Counted from the first letter of the stretch, positions 1 to 10,990 are shown. The stretch is DNA of 64,000 bases from Dehalococcoidia bacterium (GCA_963666125.1 OY762633.1:1139249-1203248); one strand, 5' to 3'. Notes: generated from the letters alone by a model not told the origin. Program-made: numbers and translations.

Positions 1-48
1 CAGCGCGCCGTAGTCCCGATAGACCACCTCAACCTACTTGCACTTGCG

Positions 49-140
49 GAGCACTGTGCTTCGACAAGCTCAGCACGAACGAGTAGCGAGCCCAGCACGT
101 GAAAGTACGTTCGGCCTGAGCCTGTCGAAGGCCAGTGCTC
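49..140. repeat. Inverted pair of a dispersed intergenic repeat (core CTTCGACAGGCTCAGGGCGAACG family)
   Basis: Arm 49-81 (GAGCACTGTGCTTCGACAAGCTCAGCACGAACG) is a near reverse complement of arm 108-140. The same 23-nt core recurs at 7557, 8935 and 21220. Confidence 0.7.
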
Positions 141-201
141 TCCAACCATCAAACTTACGCCGCGCGACCGTGCCGGGGTGTCAGTAACTACCACGCAGTT
201 A

Positions 202-1029
202 CTAGACAATCGCTCTAGTGGGCTGGCGCCAGGGCATGCCTTCGGTGCGGCGCATGAACTCGGAGTGCAGGGCCCTGTTCGATGCCACGATGCCGTCGCT
301 GTATAGCCCTGCCCTGCTGCCCGTCCGGTCGGTGATGACGCCGCCCGCCTCCTCGACGAGCAGCAGCGCGGCGACCTGGTCCCACGGTTCAAGCTGGTGG
401 TGGAAGTAGAGGTCGGTCCGGCCCGCGGCCGCGTAGGACAGCCCCAGGGCAGCCGAGCCCATGATGCGCGCCGTCTGCATTCCCGGCCAGATCTCCCGGA
501 TCACCTCGAGGCCGTTGGCCGCGCCCTGGTTGTTGTAGCTCAGGTCCGTGCCGATGATGCACTCGGAGAGCTCCGTCCGCTCCGACACGGCGACGCGCTG
601 CCCGTTCAGGAATGCGCCGCCGCCCCGCTCGGCCTCGAACAGGTCGCCTCGGACCGGGTCGTAGTTCACGCCGACCAGCACCTCGCCGTCGAGGGCCATG
701 CCGATCACCGTCGAGAAGAAGGGTATGCCCGACGCGTAGTTGCGGGTCCCGTCCAGCGGATCGACGATCCAGACGTAGCCCGAGTCGGCGCGCGTGCCGG
801 CCGACTCCTCGCCGAGCAGGCCCATGTCCGGGTACTCGCTCCGCAGGATGCCGAGCACCTCCTCCTCGACCTCGGTATCCACGTCGGTGACAATATTGCC
901 GCGGCCCTTGTAGGAGACGGTGAGGGACGTGCGGAAACGTTCGACGAGTATCTCCCCTGCCCTGAGGGCGGCTTCCCGCGCAACCCGCATGGCGGATTTG
1001 CCCGACGCACTGTGGGGTATTTCAGTCAT
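202..1029 (-). CDS. Inositol monophosphatase family protein (SuhB-like)
   Basis: 275-aa ORF with IMPase motifs GLLGEES and WIVDPLDGTRNY and a C-terminal WDxAA-like motif (PWDQVAALLL). Confidence 0.85.
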   Translation of the reverse strand: MTEIPHSASGKSAMRVAREAALRAGEILVERFRTSLTVSYKGRGNIVTDVDTEVEEEVLGILRSEYPDMGLLGEESAGTRADSGYVWIVDPLDGTRNYASGIPFFSTVIGMALDGEVLVGVNYDPVRGDLFEAERGGGAFLNGQRVAVSERTELSECIIGTDLSYNNQGAANGLEVIREIWPGMQTARIMGSAALGLSYAAAGRTDLYFHHQLEPWDQVAALLLVEEAGGVITDRTGSRAGLYSDGIVASNRALHSEFMRRTEGMPWRQPTRAIV

Positions 1030-1090
1030 GACGACGCGCCGCTAGTGCGGCGGGTTCCAGATGTGCATGGTTGAATTGCGTCCTCCTCGA

Positions 1091-1161
1091 GGGCGGGTTT
1101 GAAACCCGCCCCTACGTCACCGTGTGCCTGGCCCTGTGCGGGCGGACACGTGGGTCCGCCC
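1091..1161 (-). terminator. Two tandem GC-rich hairpins downstream of the enolase-family gene, both ending in CGCCCCTAC
   Basis: GGGCGGGTTTGAAACCCGCCC at 1091-1111 and GGCGGAC-ACGTGG-GTCCGCC at about 1140-1161. They lie between the stop of the 1200-2345 gene and the start of the 202-1029 gene. No T-tract. Confidence 0.35.
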
Positions 1162-1199
1162 CTACCGTGGTCGTTGCCCTTCAACGCCATGCGCGGCCG

Positions 1200-2345
1200 C
1201 TAGTAGTTTGTGTAGGAGCCGTCGCGGCGGTGGAGGTGCTGCGCCTCCCAGAACTCGAAGGGCGCGGATGCGGACTCCTCGTTGAACTCCACGCCAAGTC
1301 CGGGGCCTGTCGGCACCGGGAAGCGTGTGCCGTCGATCTGCGGCTGCACCGGGAACATCTCCGGGCCGAAGACCAGGTCCTGCGTCCGCTCCTCGAGCCA
1401 GGCGTAGTTGGGCACCGCCGCGGCGAAGTGGAGGTTGGCCGCCGTACTGATGGGGCCCAGCGGGTTGTGGGGCATCATGTCGATGTAGTGGGCCTCGCAC
1501 CAGCCCGCGACCTTCATGGCCTCGGTGAAGCCGCCCACGTTGCAGATGTCGATGCGAGCGAAGTTGACTATCCCGCCCTCGATGTACGGGAGGAACTGCC
1601 ACTTGCTGGCGAACTCCTCGCCGATGGCGAAGGGCACGTCGGTCATGCGCCTGAGGGCCTCGTAAGCGGCGGGAGCCTCGTCGCGGATCGGCTCCTCCAG
1701 GAAGTCGAGGGTGCCCGAGGGCATCCGCTGGCAGAACGAAGCCGCCTCCGCGACGCTGAGCCTGTGGTGGTACTCCATGCCCAGCACGGGGGCGCTCCCG
1801 ACGGCCTGTCTCATCTTCACCATCCACTCGGCGGTCATGGCTATCGACTCGCGGGGCTCGAAGAGGGCCGGGTCTCCCCCCGTGTCGGGCACGCCGAAGG
1901 TGAACCTGATGGAGGGCCAGTCGTCGGCGACGAGCCTCTTGGCGTCCTCGACGGCGGCCGGCCCCATGGGCGCGTGGGACGTGGTGAAGCAGGGCACACA
2001 GTCACGCTGCGCCCCACCGAGGAGCTGGTAGACGGGCACGTCGAGGCTGCGTGCTACCACGTCGTGCAGGGCCAGGTCGATCGCCGAGATGGCCGCCGTG
2101 AGCACACGCCCGCCCTCGAAGTACTGGCTCCGGTACATCTCCTGCCATAGCGCGCCGATCCTGCGCGGGTCCCTTCCGATGAGGAACTCGCGATAGTGCT
2201 GTACTGCGCCCCTGACGGCAAGCTCCCGGCCCACCAGGCCCGATTCGCCCCAGCCGTAGTAGCCGGCGTCCGTCTCGATCTTGACGATCATCATGTTGCG
2301 CACTGCGCCCCGGGCAATGAGGGGCTTCACGTCAGTAATCTTCAT
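1200..2345 (-). CDS. Enolase-superfamily dehydratase (mandelate racemase/muconate lactonizing family, D-galactonate dehydratase-like)
   Basis: 381 aa. N-terminus MKITDVKPL...VKIETDAGYYGWGE is typical of the MR/MLE capping domain, and the barrel region has EEP and acidic metal-ligand patterns. Confidence 0.8.
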   Translation of the reverse strand: MKITDVKPLIARGAVRNMMIVKIETDAGYYGWGESGLVGRELAVRGAVQHYREFLIGRDPRRIGALWQEMYRSQYFEGGRVLTAAISAIDLALHDVVARSLDVPVYQLLGGAQRDCVPCFTTSHAPMGPAAVEDAKRLVADDWPSIRFTFGVPDTGGDPALFEPRESIAMTAEWMVKMRQAVGSAPVLGMEYHHRLSVAEAASFCQRMPSGTLDFLEEPIRDEAPAAYEALRRMTDVPFAIGEEFASKWQFLPYIEGGIVNFARIDICNVGGFTEAMKVAGWCEAHYIDMMPHNPLGPISTAANLHFAAAVPNYAWLEERTQDLVFGPEMFPVQPQIDGTRFPVPTGPGLGVEFNEESASAPFEFWEAQHLHRRDGSYTNY

Positions 2346-2349
2346 GTTC

Positions 2350-3441
2350 CTATGTCCTGATCCGCGCCCAGCGGGTATGTGAGACGCCGTCTCTCGTGCC
2401 CCAGTAGAAGACGAGCAGATCGCCGTCGGGCAGCAGCCTGCCGCCGGGACGACCGAATCCCTGGGCCATGTTGAGGGCGAGGCTGGTGTCGTCCGGGCTG
2501 CCCAGGATAGCCTCGTCGCCGGCGTCGAATACCACGGTCTCGTTCGTGTAGTGCTTCAGATCCTCCGTGACCGCGACCCTGATGCCCTGGGGTTCGCGGC
2601 GGTAGGCATATATCGCGGCGACCCTGCCGTCGGGGAGGGCGACCGGAGCGCACATCTGGCCCATCAGGTTGGTCGGACGCGGAGCAGACCACGTGCGGCC
2701 CTGGTCTTCCGAGATGATCCAGTGGTTCGGGAGGTCCCTCACCTCCCGGTAGACGTGGGCCCAGACCGTCTCGTATATCCGGCCGTCGGGCAGGATGGTC
2801 CCGACGTGGTCCCACCAGTTCATCTCGCCACTGGTGTCGTCCGCCACGACGGTCAAGTCGCCCCACGTGGCGCCCTGGTCGGACGAGAATAGGGCGAGGG
2901 CTTTCTGGTCGGGTGGGCCGCCGTAGCCGACGGGCTTCCAGGTCTCCAGCGGGTACATCCATCGGTCCGGGGCTATCTGGAGCAGGTCGCCCGAGCCGTT
3001 GGCGGTGAGCTTCGACAGGTCGATGGGGACATCGACGAGCTGCGGAGCGGACCACGTGCGTCCGGCGTCGTAGGACCACAGGATGATGTTCTCGGGCTGC
3101 TGGAGGGTCTCGGACGCGGCGTCGAAGGTCTGGGAGATCCGGCCCGTATCGAAGCGCGTCGTCTTCATGAGGAGCCGCCCGCCGGGAACCTGGTATATCC
3201 GGGCGCCCCTGTACGACCACCCCTCTTCGGCTGCTCCCGGGCCCTTGATCTCGCCCTCGTTCGTCCAGGTCGATAGCCCGTCCGTGGAGCGCAGTATCTC
3301 GATCTTCGCGTCGGACGCCGTGAAGTGGGACGCGGTGAACTGGCAGGCGATGAACGAGCCGTCGGGCAGCGGCTCTATCCCTGGCATGTACGCGTTGCGC
3401 CCGGTGCGCCGTGAGATTATTCCCTGATCTACTATACGCAA
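2350..3441 (-). CDS. BNR/Asp-box repeat protein (sialidase-like beta-propeller), no signal peptide seen
   Basis: Four Asp-box motifs: STDGLSTWT, SYDAGRTWS, SSDQGATWG, SEDQGRTWS. Confidence 0.7.
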   Translation of the reverse strand: MRIVDQGIISRRTGRNAYMPGIEPLPDGSFIACQFTASHFTASDAKIEILRSTDGLSTWTNEGEIKGPGAAEEGWSYRGARIYQVPGGRLLMKTTRFDTGRISQTFDAASETLQQPENIILWSYDAGRTWSAPQLVDVPIDLSKLTANGSGDLLQIAPDRWMYPLETWKPVGYGGPPDQKALALFSSDQGATWGDLTVVADDTSGEMNWWDHVGTILPDGRIYETVWAHVYREVRDLPNHWIISEDQGRTWSAPRPTNLMGQMCAPVALPDGRVAAIYAYRREPQGIRVAVTEDLKHYTNETVVFDAGDEAILGSPDDTSLALNMAQGFGRPGGRLLPDGDLLVFYWGTRDGVSHTRWARIRT

Positions 3442-3473
3442 CTGCTCACCTCGAATCGCACGATCTGCACCGG

Positions 3474-5231
3474 CTACCGCGTGCCGGGAGGGCCGACCTG
3501 GACCGTAATGATGTCGGCGTCGTGGTACTGCTGGTGGCGGACGGACGAGGCGTACTGCCGCAGCAGCCGCAGCGAGATCTCGCTCTCCGCCGGGGTCTCT
3601 TCGTCGTGCTGCTGGAGCTGTCGTATCCGGTCCTCGAGGTTCTCGTCGTCGCCGCCTCCGATGAACTCCAGGTCGGCCACAGGGCCATCGCTGGAGGCCA
3701 GGACGACCAGCCGACGGCCGTCGTCTTCTTCGTCATCATCCGCGAGGAGGTCCAGTGGCGCGAGGGTCAGGAGGGTCTCCTCGGCGACGGCGCTCAGCCG
3801 GTCTTTCATGTCACTATCCCAGCCCCTGCGATCGGCGAACTCGGCGATGAATTCGTTTAGCTCGGGCAGGACGTCGGCATGCAGCCGCGACTGGAAGCGC
3901 ATACTCCGGCGGCTGGTGATCTCCAGGAAGAGCAGCATCACGATGGCGGCGATGCCCCCGGTCGTTATGCCGCTCTTGAGCAACCCGTCCAGTATCTCAC
4001 CGCCCCAGATCGATTTGACATCCGGCAGGGTGAAGAGCTTGAACTGGAACGGCGCGGCAATCCAGAAGGCGACGCCCGCGACGATGAGCCTCTGCCTGAC
4101 CTGCTCGGTACTTATCACCGTTCGAGCGCCGTCGACGAACAGGGTCCCCGTGACCATGATCAGGTACCCGGTCATCACCGGCCCGGGCAGCGTGCTGAGC
4201 AGGCCGGACACCTTGGGGAGGAAGGCCACCGCGATGAACATGAGGCCGATGCAGTAGCCGATCATGCGGGAAGCGACACCGGTGACCTGGGTGAAGGCGA
4301 CTATGCCCGGGTGGGCCGCGTTGGGCACCGCCCCGAAGGCCCCGGCGATCAGATTGCAGATCGCCGCCCCCGAAAGGGCGCCCTGGACTTCGCGGAACTC
4401 TATGGCCCGGGCCTCACGCGTCGCGACGCGCTGCAGGGCGATGGACTCCCCGTTCACCTGGATGGAGATGATCACGCCAAGGAACAGGAAAGAGGGCATG
4501 AGCGCCCAGAAAGTGACGCCGAAGTCGAGCTCCAGACCCCACGTCTCCTGCGGCAGCCCTATCCAGGGCGCCTGCAAGACCCTGTCGATGTCGTAGATGC
4601 CGAAGGCGGCGGCAACAGCGCATCCGACCGCTATGCCGATCATCGGCGCCCAGAGGCGCAGCACGGGCGTGCCGCGGAGCATGAGCGCTCCAACGACCAC
4701 CAGCGTGGCCAGGGCGGTGAGCGGGGCAGCCGTGGGCTCTTCCTGGGATGTCTCGTCCAATAGGTGGAAGACGACTGAGGCCAGCGTGATGGAGAGGATC
4801 ATCATCACAATGCCGCCCAGTGTCGGCGTGACGATTCGCCTGAGGATGAAGAGCCACTTGGAGATGACCAGCTGCAGCACCGCACAGACCAGGACGAGGG
4901 TTGTCAGCGTCGCCGGTCCTCCGTCGGCAACGGCAGAGATGCAGAAGGGTATGGAGAAGGCCGCCGTGAACATGGGCAGCACGGCTCGCGACCCGATGGG
5001 CCCGATACCCCGTACCTGCACCAGGGTGGAGAGGCCCACGACGACCAGGGAGGCAAAGACCATCCACGACAGGTAGTCGTCCCCCAGCCCGGACTGCTTG
5101 GCCACGATGACGGGGGTCACCAGCAGGGCGGCTGACGCTATCAGGCTGAACTGGGAGCCGAGACCCAGGGTGGTCCGCAGAGGCGGGTTCTCGTGCGCCT
5201 CGTAGCGGGGATTCTGAGATGCGGTCGTCAC
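3474..5231 (-). CDS. Nucleobase/cation symporter-2 (xanthine/uracil permease)-like transporter with an extra C-terminal cytoplasmic domain
   Basis: 585 aa. About 430 aa of multi-TM hydrophobic segments with a permease-like pattern, then a ~150-aa acidic soluble tail. Confidence 0.55.
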   Translation of the reverse strand: MTTASQNPRYEAHENPPLRTTLGLGSQFSLIASAALLVTPVIVAKQSGLGDDYLSWMVFASLVVVGLSTLVQVRGIGPIGSRAVLPMFTAAFSIPFCISAVADGGPATLTTLVLVCAVLQLVISKWLFILRRIVTPTLGGIVMMILSITLASVVFHLLDETSQEEPTAAPLTALATLVVVGALMLRGTPVLRLWAPMIGIAVGCAVAAAFGIYDIDRVLQAPWIGLPQETWGLELDFGVTFWALMPSFLFLGVIISIQVNGESIALQRVATREARAIEFREVQGALSGAAICNLIAGAFGAVPNAAHPGIVAFTQVTGVASRMIGYCIGLMFIAVAFLPKVSGLLSTLPGPVMTGYLIMVTGTLFVDGARTVISTEQVRQRLIVAGVAFWIAAPFQFKLFTLPDVKSIWGGEILDGLLKSGITTGGIAAIVMLLFLEITSRRSMRFQSRLHADVLPELNEFIAEFADRRGWDSDMKDRLSAVAEETLLTLAPLDLLADDDEEDDGRRLVVLASSDGPVADLEFIGGGDDENLEDRIRQLQQHDEETPAESEISLRLLRQYASSVRHQQYHDADIITVQVGPPGTR

Positions 5232-5462
5232 GGGCCGAATTGCCTCCCAGGCTCAACTGCGCAGCGGGTTGCTCCTACGGGAACATTCTAGCGGGGCAGC
5301 GCCGCCGTGAACAGTACATTGAAGTCCCCTGCCGGGGCAAGCCTCGCGGCGGGATACGGGACGGGGCTGGGCTGCTCCGGTTGAGGGCGAACATCGGCCT
5401 AATGTATCGTAGGACGTATGGTGCCCTCTCGGGCGTCAAGCCCCAGCCGCATTCATGAACGG

Positions 5463-6467
5463 ATGAGAATCCCGCTCCATACGCTGAGGTCCGCGATCCG
5501 GCGGCGTCCCCTGGTCACGTATGCCCTGCTGGCCACCAACCTGCTGGTGTTCGCCGCCGCACGGCGCGCCGGGGCCGGGGACGATCCCGAGGTCCTGCTG
5601 GACTACGGGGCGATGTTCAGCCCGCTGATTGCGGACGGACAGTACTGGCGCCTCTTCACGGCGATTTTTCTACACGCCGACGTTCCGCACATGCTGTTCA
5701 ACGGGCTCGGCCTACTCTTCTTCGGCAGCCTGGTAGAGAAGACGTACGGGCATCTGCCGTTCATGGTGGTATACGTCGTTGCGGGCCTGTCGGGGAGCGT
5801 ACTCAGCTTTTCGCTGAACACGGAAGTCATCGGGGCGGGAGCGAGCGGCGCAATATTCGGAGTGCTGGGCGCGCTGGGAGCATTCTTCGGCGTGCAGGGG
5901 AGGACCGTTGGGGCGCTGGCCAGGATAAATCTCGCCGCGGTCGCGGTTATGGCCGGTATCGGCCTGGGCTACGGCCTCGTGACTCCACGCATAGACAACT
6001 GGGCGCACCTGGGCGGCCTGGCAGGAGGCGCAGCGATGGGGCTGGCGCTCTCTCCGACCTTCAGCCCCGTGTTCGACACCGCCGGCCAGCGCGTGGGGTT
6101 TCGATGGAAGCTGGCGCCCCGGTTCAGATGGTGGGCGGTCCCCGCCGCAGCAGCGGTACTGGCGGTCGGGACGGCGATAGGCGTAATCACCCAGCCGGAC
6201 AATCCGTACACTCATCTCCTCATGGCCGAGCGCCACATCGACGCAGGCGACAGCGACGGCGCCTTCTCCAGGCTGAGCGATGCCATACGCATGGAGAGGT
6301 CCCTGGCAAGGGCATACTACCTGCGCGGGATCATCCTTGCCGAGCGGGGCGACATCGACGGCGCGGTCTCCGATCTTGGCGCGGCCATCAGGTACAGCCG
6401 GCCCGGCGACCGAACGACCCGCTCCAAGGCCCTGGCCCTGATGATCGAGCTCCGTGGACGCCGCTAG
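5463..6467 (+). CDS. Rhomboid family intramembrane serine protease with C-terminal TPR-like repeats
   Basis: Motifs WRLFTAIFLHADVPHMLFNG, catalytic GASGAIFG and WAHLGG. Start at ATG 5463 was chosen by alignment with the downstream paralog; the track ORF begins at 5418. Confidence 0.8.
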   Translation: MRIPLHTLRSAIRRRPLVTYALLATNLLVFAAARRAGAGDDPEVLLDYGAMFSPLIADGQYWRLFTAIFLHADVPHMLFNGLGLLFFGSLVEKTYGHLPFMVVYVVAGLSGSVLSFSLNTEVIGAGASGAIFGVLGALGAFFGVQGRTVGALARINLAAVAVMAGIGLGYGLVTPRIDNWAHLGGLAGGAAMGLALSPTFSPVFDTAGQRVGFRWKLAPRFRWWAVPAAAAVLAVGTAIGVITQPDNPYTHLLMAERHIDAGDSDGAFSRLSDAIRMERSLARAYYLRGIILAERGDIDGAVSDLGAAIRYSRPGDRTTRSKALALMIELRGRR

Positions 6468-6494
6468 ACCCGACACGGACGCCGGGGGGCCGCC

Positions 6495-7493
6495 TTGCTG
6501 ATCTCCAGGTGGACACTGCCGGGGGCAGACCGCACGCCGTTCGCGACGTACATTCTGCTTGTCGCGAACCTCGTCGTGTTCGCCCTAATGGAGCGCGCCG
6601 GAGGCTCCCAGGACCCAACCGTGCTGGACAGGTTCGGCGCCCTCTTCGGCCCGCTGGTCGCCGAGGGGCAGTACTGGCGGCTGCTCACCGCCATCTTCCT
6701 CCACGTCGGCTTCGTCCACGTCGCCTTCAACAGCCTGGGGCTGTTCGTGTTCGGGACGGCGTTCGAGCGCGCCTGCGGCCCCCTTCGGATGATGGCGGTC
6801 TACGTCGGATCGGGGCTGGCGGGAAGCGCCCTCAGCTACCTGGCAAGTCCTGCCGTACGCTCAGCCGGTGCCAGTGGGGCGATATTCGGAGTCCTGGGCG
6901 CGCTCGCCGTCTACCTCGTCGCGAACAGGCAGGAATTCGGCAAGCTGGGCCAGCGCGAGATCACAACCGTCCTCTTCCTCGCCGCCATGAACCTGCTGAA
7001 CGGACTCACCACCCCCGGCGTCGACAACTGGGCCCACGTCGGCGGCCTGATCGGAGGGGCGGCGCTGGGACTGGCAGTCATACCGCGACACACCTTAGCC
7101 CGGAACGTCTCCGCCCATTCCTGGACGGCGGGCTGGATCTCCCGCCGGAGGATCATAGTCCCGGCCGCAGTGTGCGTCATAGCCATTGCGGGGATACTTG
7201 TCGCAACGCTGACGCTGCCCGACAACGCAAGCTCGCATATCTACGAAGCGGAGCGGCTGTACGCGCAGGGCGACTTGGTGTCCGCGCTCGCCGAGCTAGA
7301 CATTGCGGTGGAGCTGGACCCACTCAGCGGCGAGGCTCACCTGCTCCGGGGTCAGATCTACGCGAGGATGGGTAATATAGAGGCTGCGCTGGCCGACCTG
7401 GGGATAGCGCTCAACTTTGGACACCCGGCGGTCCGGGAACGCGCGCTCGAACTCATACCCGAGGTGGGGAACAACAGGGGCCTGAGCCGGTAG
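6495..7493 (+). CDS. Rhomboid family intramembrane serine protease with C-terminal TPR-like repeats (tandem paralog)
   Basis: Motifs WRLLTAIFLHVGFVHVAFNS, GASGAIFG and WAHVGG. TTG start. Same architecture as the upstream gene. Confidence 0.8.
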   Translation: MLISRWTLPGADRTPFATYILLVANLVVFALMERAGGSQDPTVLDRFGALFGPLVAEGQYWRLLTAIFLHVGFVHVAFNSLGLFVFGTAFERACGPLRMMAVYVGSGLAGSALSYLASPAVRSAGASGAIFGVLGALAVYLVANRQEFGKLGQREITTVLFLAAMNLLNGLTTPGVDNWAHVGGLIGGAALGLAVIPRHTLARNVSAHSWTAGWISRRRIIVPAAVCVIAIAGILVATLTLPDNASSHIYEAERLYAQGDLVSALAELDIAVELDPLSGEAHLLRGQIYARMGNIEAALADLGIALNFGHPAVRERALELIPEVGNNRGLSR

Positions 7494-7527
7494 AGAATAC
7501 TTCAAGACAGTCTGCGTTGCCAGGACA

Positions 7528-7553
7528 CTGCCCCCGTATCGAGTACGGGGCAG
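7528..7553. terminator. Hairpin between convergent rhomboid and clpX genes (possible bidirectional terminator)
   Basis: CTGCCCCCGTA-TCGAG-TACGGGGCAG, a 10-bp stem with one bulge. Confidence 0.45.
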
Positions 7554-7556
7554 GCT

Positions 7557-7579
7557 CTTCGACAGGCTCAGGGCGAACG
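7557..7579 (+). repeat. Dispersed intergenic repeat copy
   Basis: CTTCGACAGGCTCAGGGCGAACG, identical to the copy at 8935-8957. Confidence 0.7.
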
Positions 7580-7590
7580 AGCTTCCCTAT

Positions 7591-8889
<1,299 letters not shown>

Positions 8890-8934
8890 ATCCTCTTGTT
8901 GGCCTCCGGCTGTTTGTGGCTTCTGAGAAGTGCC

Positions 8935-8957
8935 CTTCGACAGGCTCAGGGCGAACG
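8935..8957 (+). repeat. Dispersed intergenic repeat copy (clpP-clpX spacer)
   Basis: CTTCGACAGGCTCAGGGCGAACG, followed by a CGTTCGTGC segment at about 8973 that could pair with its 3' end. Confidence 0.7.
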
Positions 8958-8985
8958 ATCCTGGTATAAGTCCGTTCGTGCTTGC

Positions 8986-9609
8986 TTAGTCCGCGGCCTG
9001 CTCCTGCTCTCCGGCCCGGGTCGGAAGCACGTCGTCGATCAGGCCGTACTCCTTGGCGCCTTCGGCGCTGAGGAAGAAGTCGCGGTCGGAGTCTGCGGCG
9101 ATCTTCTCGTAGGGCTGGCCGGTCCTTTCGGCGATGATCTTGCAGAGAGCGGCCTCCAGCCTGAGGACCTCCTTGGCGTGTATCTCGATGTCGGCTGCCT
9201 GGCCCTGCACGCCCCCCATCACCTGGTGCATGTGGATGGTGGCGTTCGGGAGGGCGTACCTCTTACCCTTGGTACCGGCGCAGAGCAGGACGGTGCCGAA
9301 GCTGGCGGCGGTCCCCACGCAGTAGGTCGCCACGTCGGGCCGTATCATCTGCATCGTGTCGTATATCGCCAGACCCGCGTACACCGACCCGCCTGGCGAG
9401 TTGATGTAGAGCTCGATGTCCCTGTCCGGGTCCTCGCGCTGCAGGAACAGGAGCTGGGCGATGATGGCGTTGGCGACCTGGTCGTTGATGGCCGTGCCCA
9501 GGAAGATGATGCGCTCCTTGAGCAGCAGAGAGTAGATGTCGTACGCCCTCTCGCCCCTTGCGCCGCTCTCCACGACCATGGGGATGATATTGCTCACGTT
9601 GGGAATCAT
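8986..9609 (-). CDS. clpP: ATP-dependent Clp protease proteolytic subunit ClpP
   Basis: 207 aa with [18 protein letters not shown] and GTAASFG (active-site Ser region). Overlaps the tig stop by 4 nt. Confidence 0.97.
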   Translation of the reverse strand: MIPNVSNIIPMVVESGARGERAYDIYSLLLKERIIFLGTAINDQVANAIIAQLLFLQREDPDRDIELYINSPGGSVYAGLAIYDTMQMIRPDVATYCVGTAASFGTVLLCAGTKGKRYALPNATIHMHQVMGGVQGQAADIEIHAKEVLRLEAALCKIIAERTGQPYEKIAADSDRDFFLSAEGAKEYGLIDDVLPTRAGEQEQAAD

Positions 9610-10946
9610 TGGGCTTCTCCTTCGCTGTCTGTGGGTTCTTCTTCCATAGCTGTCGTGCCGTCCGTCTGGCCCCCGGCAATCTCGACCAGCCGATCCATGG
9701 CCTTCTGGACCAGCATGGACTCGCGAATCGTGGCCCTGGCTTCGGGGCTGTCGAGTCTGCTCTCATCCACGCCACCACCATCACCGGAGGCGGCCTCCCG
9801 CAGGTCGGCGATCCTCTGCTCGATCTCCTCGTCCGAGACCTCGATGCCCTCGGCCCTGGCAAGATTGAACAGCGCGTGGGTCCGGCTGAACCGGTCGACC
9901 GCCTGCTCCCTCATCTCCTCAAGCTGCTCCTCCTCAGACTTGCCCGTGAACTTGTAGTACTCGTCGAGCGTGACGTTCATCTGGCTGACGAATTGGTCGC
10001 GCCTCTCGGTCATGTGTTCGATTTCATGGTCGATCAGTAGCGGGGGAATGTCGAACTCCGCGCCCTCGACCAGCTTATCCAGGGCATCCTCCCTCAGCTT
10101 GGTGTCGCGGGCCCCCTCGGCTTCGGTCACCATACGTGACCGAACGGACTCCCTGAGCTCTTCGAGAGTGTCGTAGCCGTCCCCCACGCCCTTGGCGAAC
10201 TCGTCGTCGAGGTCAGGCAGGCTGCGCTCCTTGATCTCCTTCACGGTGATGCGGAAGTGGGCCTCCTTGCCGGCAATGGAGGTGTTGAAGTAGTCGCCCG
10301 GTATGGGCAGGTGGAACTCGAAGGGCGAGCCTATCTCCGCGCCGACGATCTCCCTGGCGAACCCGTCGAACGGGAGGGCGGCCTCCTCATCTACAGGGTA
10401 TTCGGTGTCGTCGGCATCGATGATGGACTCCTCGCCCACGTGCCCCAGGGCCGACATGGTGATACGGTCGCCGAATTCGACGGCCCGCTCGACAGGCTCC
10501 CAGACCGCCGCGCCCTGACGGAGGCTCTCGATCTCCGCGTCGAGGTCCTCGTCGGAAATCTCGACCCGATCCTCCTCCACCCTTATATCCCGGTAGCCGC
10601 CCAAGTCTACGGCGGGCGTGAGGGGGACGGTGGCCTTCAAGGTTACGGGCGCGAGGGCGACAAGCTCCACGCTGGGTGTGCCCGCGACGTCCAGCTCCTG
10701 CTCGGAGATCGCCTGGTGCGTGACCGCGGGGAGTACGTCGTCGAGAGACTCGGACACGAGGGTCTCCCTGCCGAGGATGCCCTCGATTATCGAGCGGGGG
10801 GCCTTCCCCTTGCGGAAGCCGGGAACGTTCGTCCTCTGGACGACCCGGCGATAAGCCCGTTCGAGATAGGGTGCCATGTCCTCGTCCTCTAGCTCTATCT
10901 GGAGAACGGCCTGGCGGTCCACCACCTCTTCCTGGGTTATCTTCAC
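9606..10946 (-). CDS. tig: Trigger factor
   Basis: 446 aa with the ribosome-binding signature [11 protein letters not shown] start with GGAG 6 nt upstream. Classic tig-clpP-clpX order. Confidence 0.95.
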   Translation of the reverse strand: MKITQEEVVDRQAVLQIELEDEDMAPYLERAYRRVVQRTNVPGFRKGKAPRSIIEGILGRETLVSESLDDVLPAVTHQAISEQELDVAGTPSVELVALAPVTLKATVPLTPAVDLGGYRDIRVEEDRVEISDEDLDAEIESLRQGAAVWEPVERAVEFGDRITMSALGHVGEESIIDADDTEYPVDEEAALPFDGFAREIVGAEIGSPFEFHLPIPGDYFNTSIAGKEAHFRITVKEIKERSLPDLDDEFAKGVGDGYDTLEELRESVRSRMVTEAEGARDTKLREDALDKLVEGAEFDIPPLLIDHEIEHMTERRDQFVSQMNVTLDEYYKFTGKSEEEQLEEMREQAVDRFSRTHALFNLARAEGIEVSDEEIEQRIADLREAASGDGGGVDESRLDSPEARATIRESMLVQKAMDRLVEIAGGQTDGTTAMEEEPTDSEGEAQ

Positions 10947-10981
10947 TCAGCGCTCCGCGTGGGGTCTACATACTGAGGACA

Positions 10982-10990
10982 ATTATATCA
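10982..10990 (-). promoter_or_regulatory. Extended -10 element (TGATATAAT on minus strand) upstream of tig
   Basis: The reverse complement of ATTATATCA gives TGaTATAAT, about 36 nt upstream of the tig GTG. Confidence 0.35.

Noticed and set aside
5232-5462. Possible riboswitch or ncRNA in the divergent transporter/rhomboid intergenic region, and likewise in 26653-26842 and 59682-59811.
   Set aside because: I could not recognise any conserved riboswitch core or convincing multi-stem structure by eye. These are most simply divergent promoter regions.
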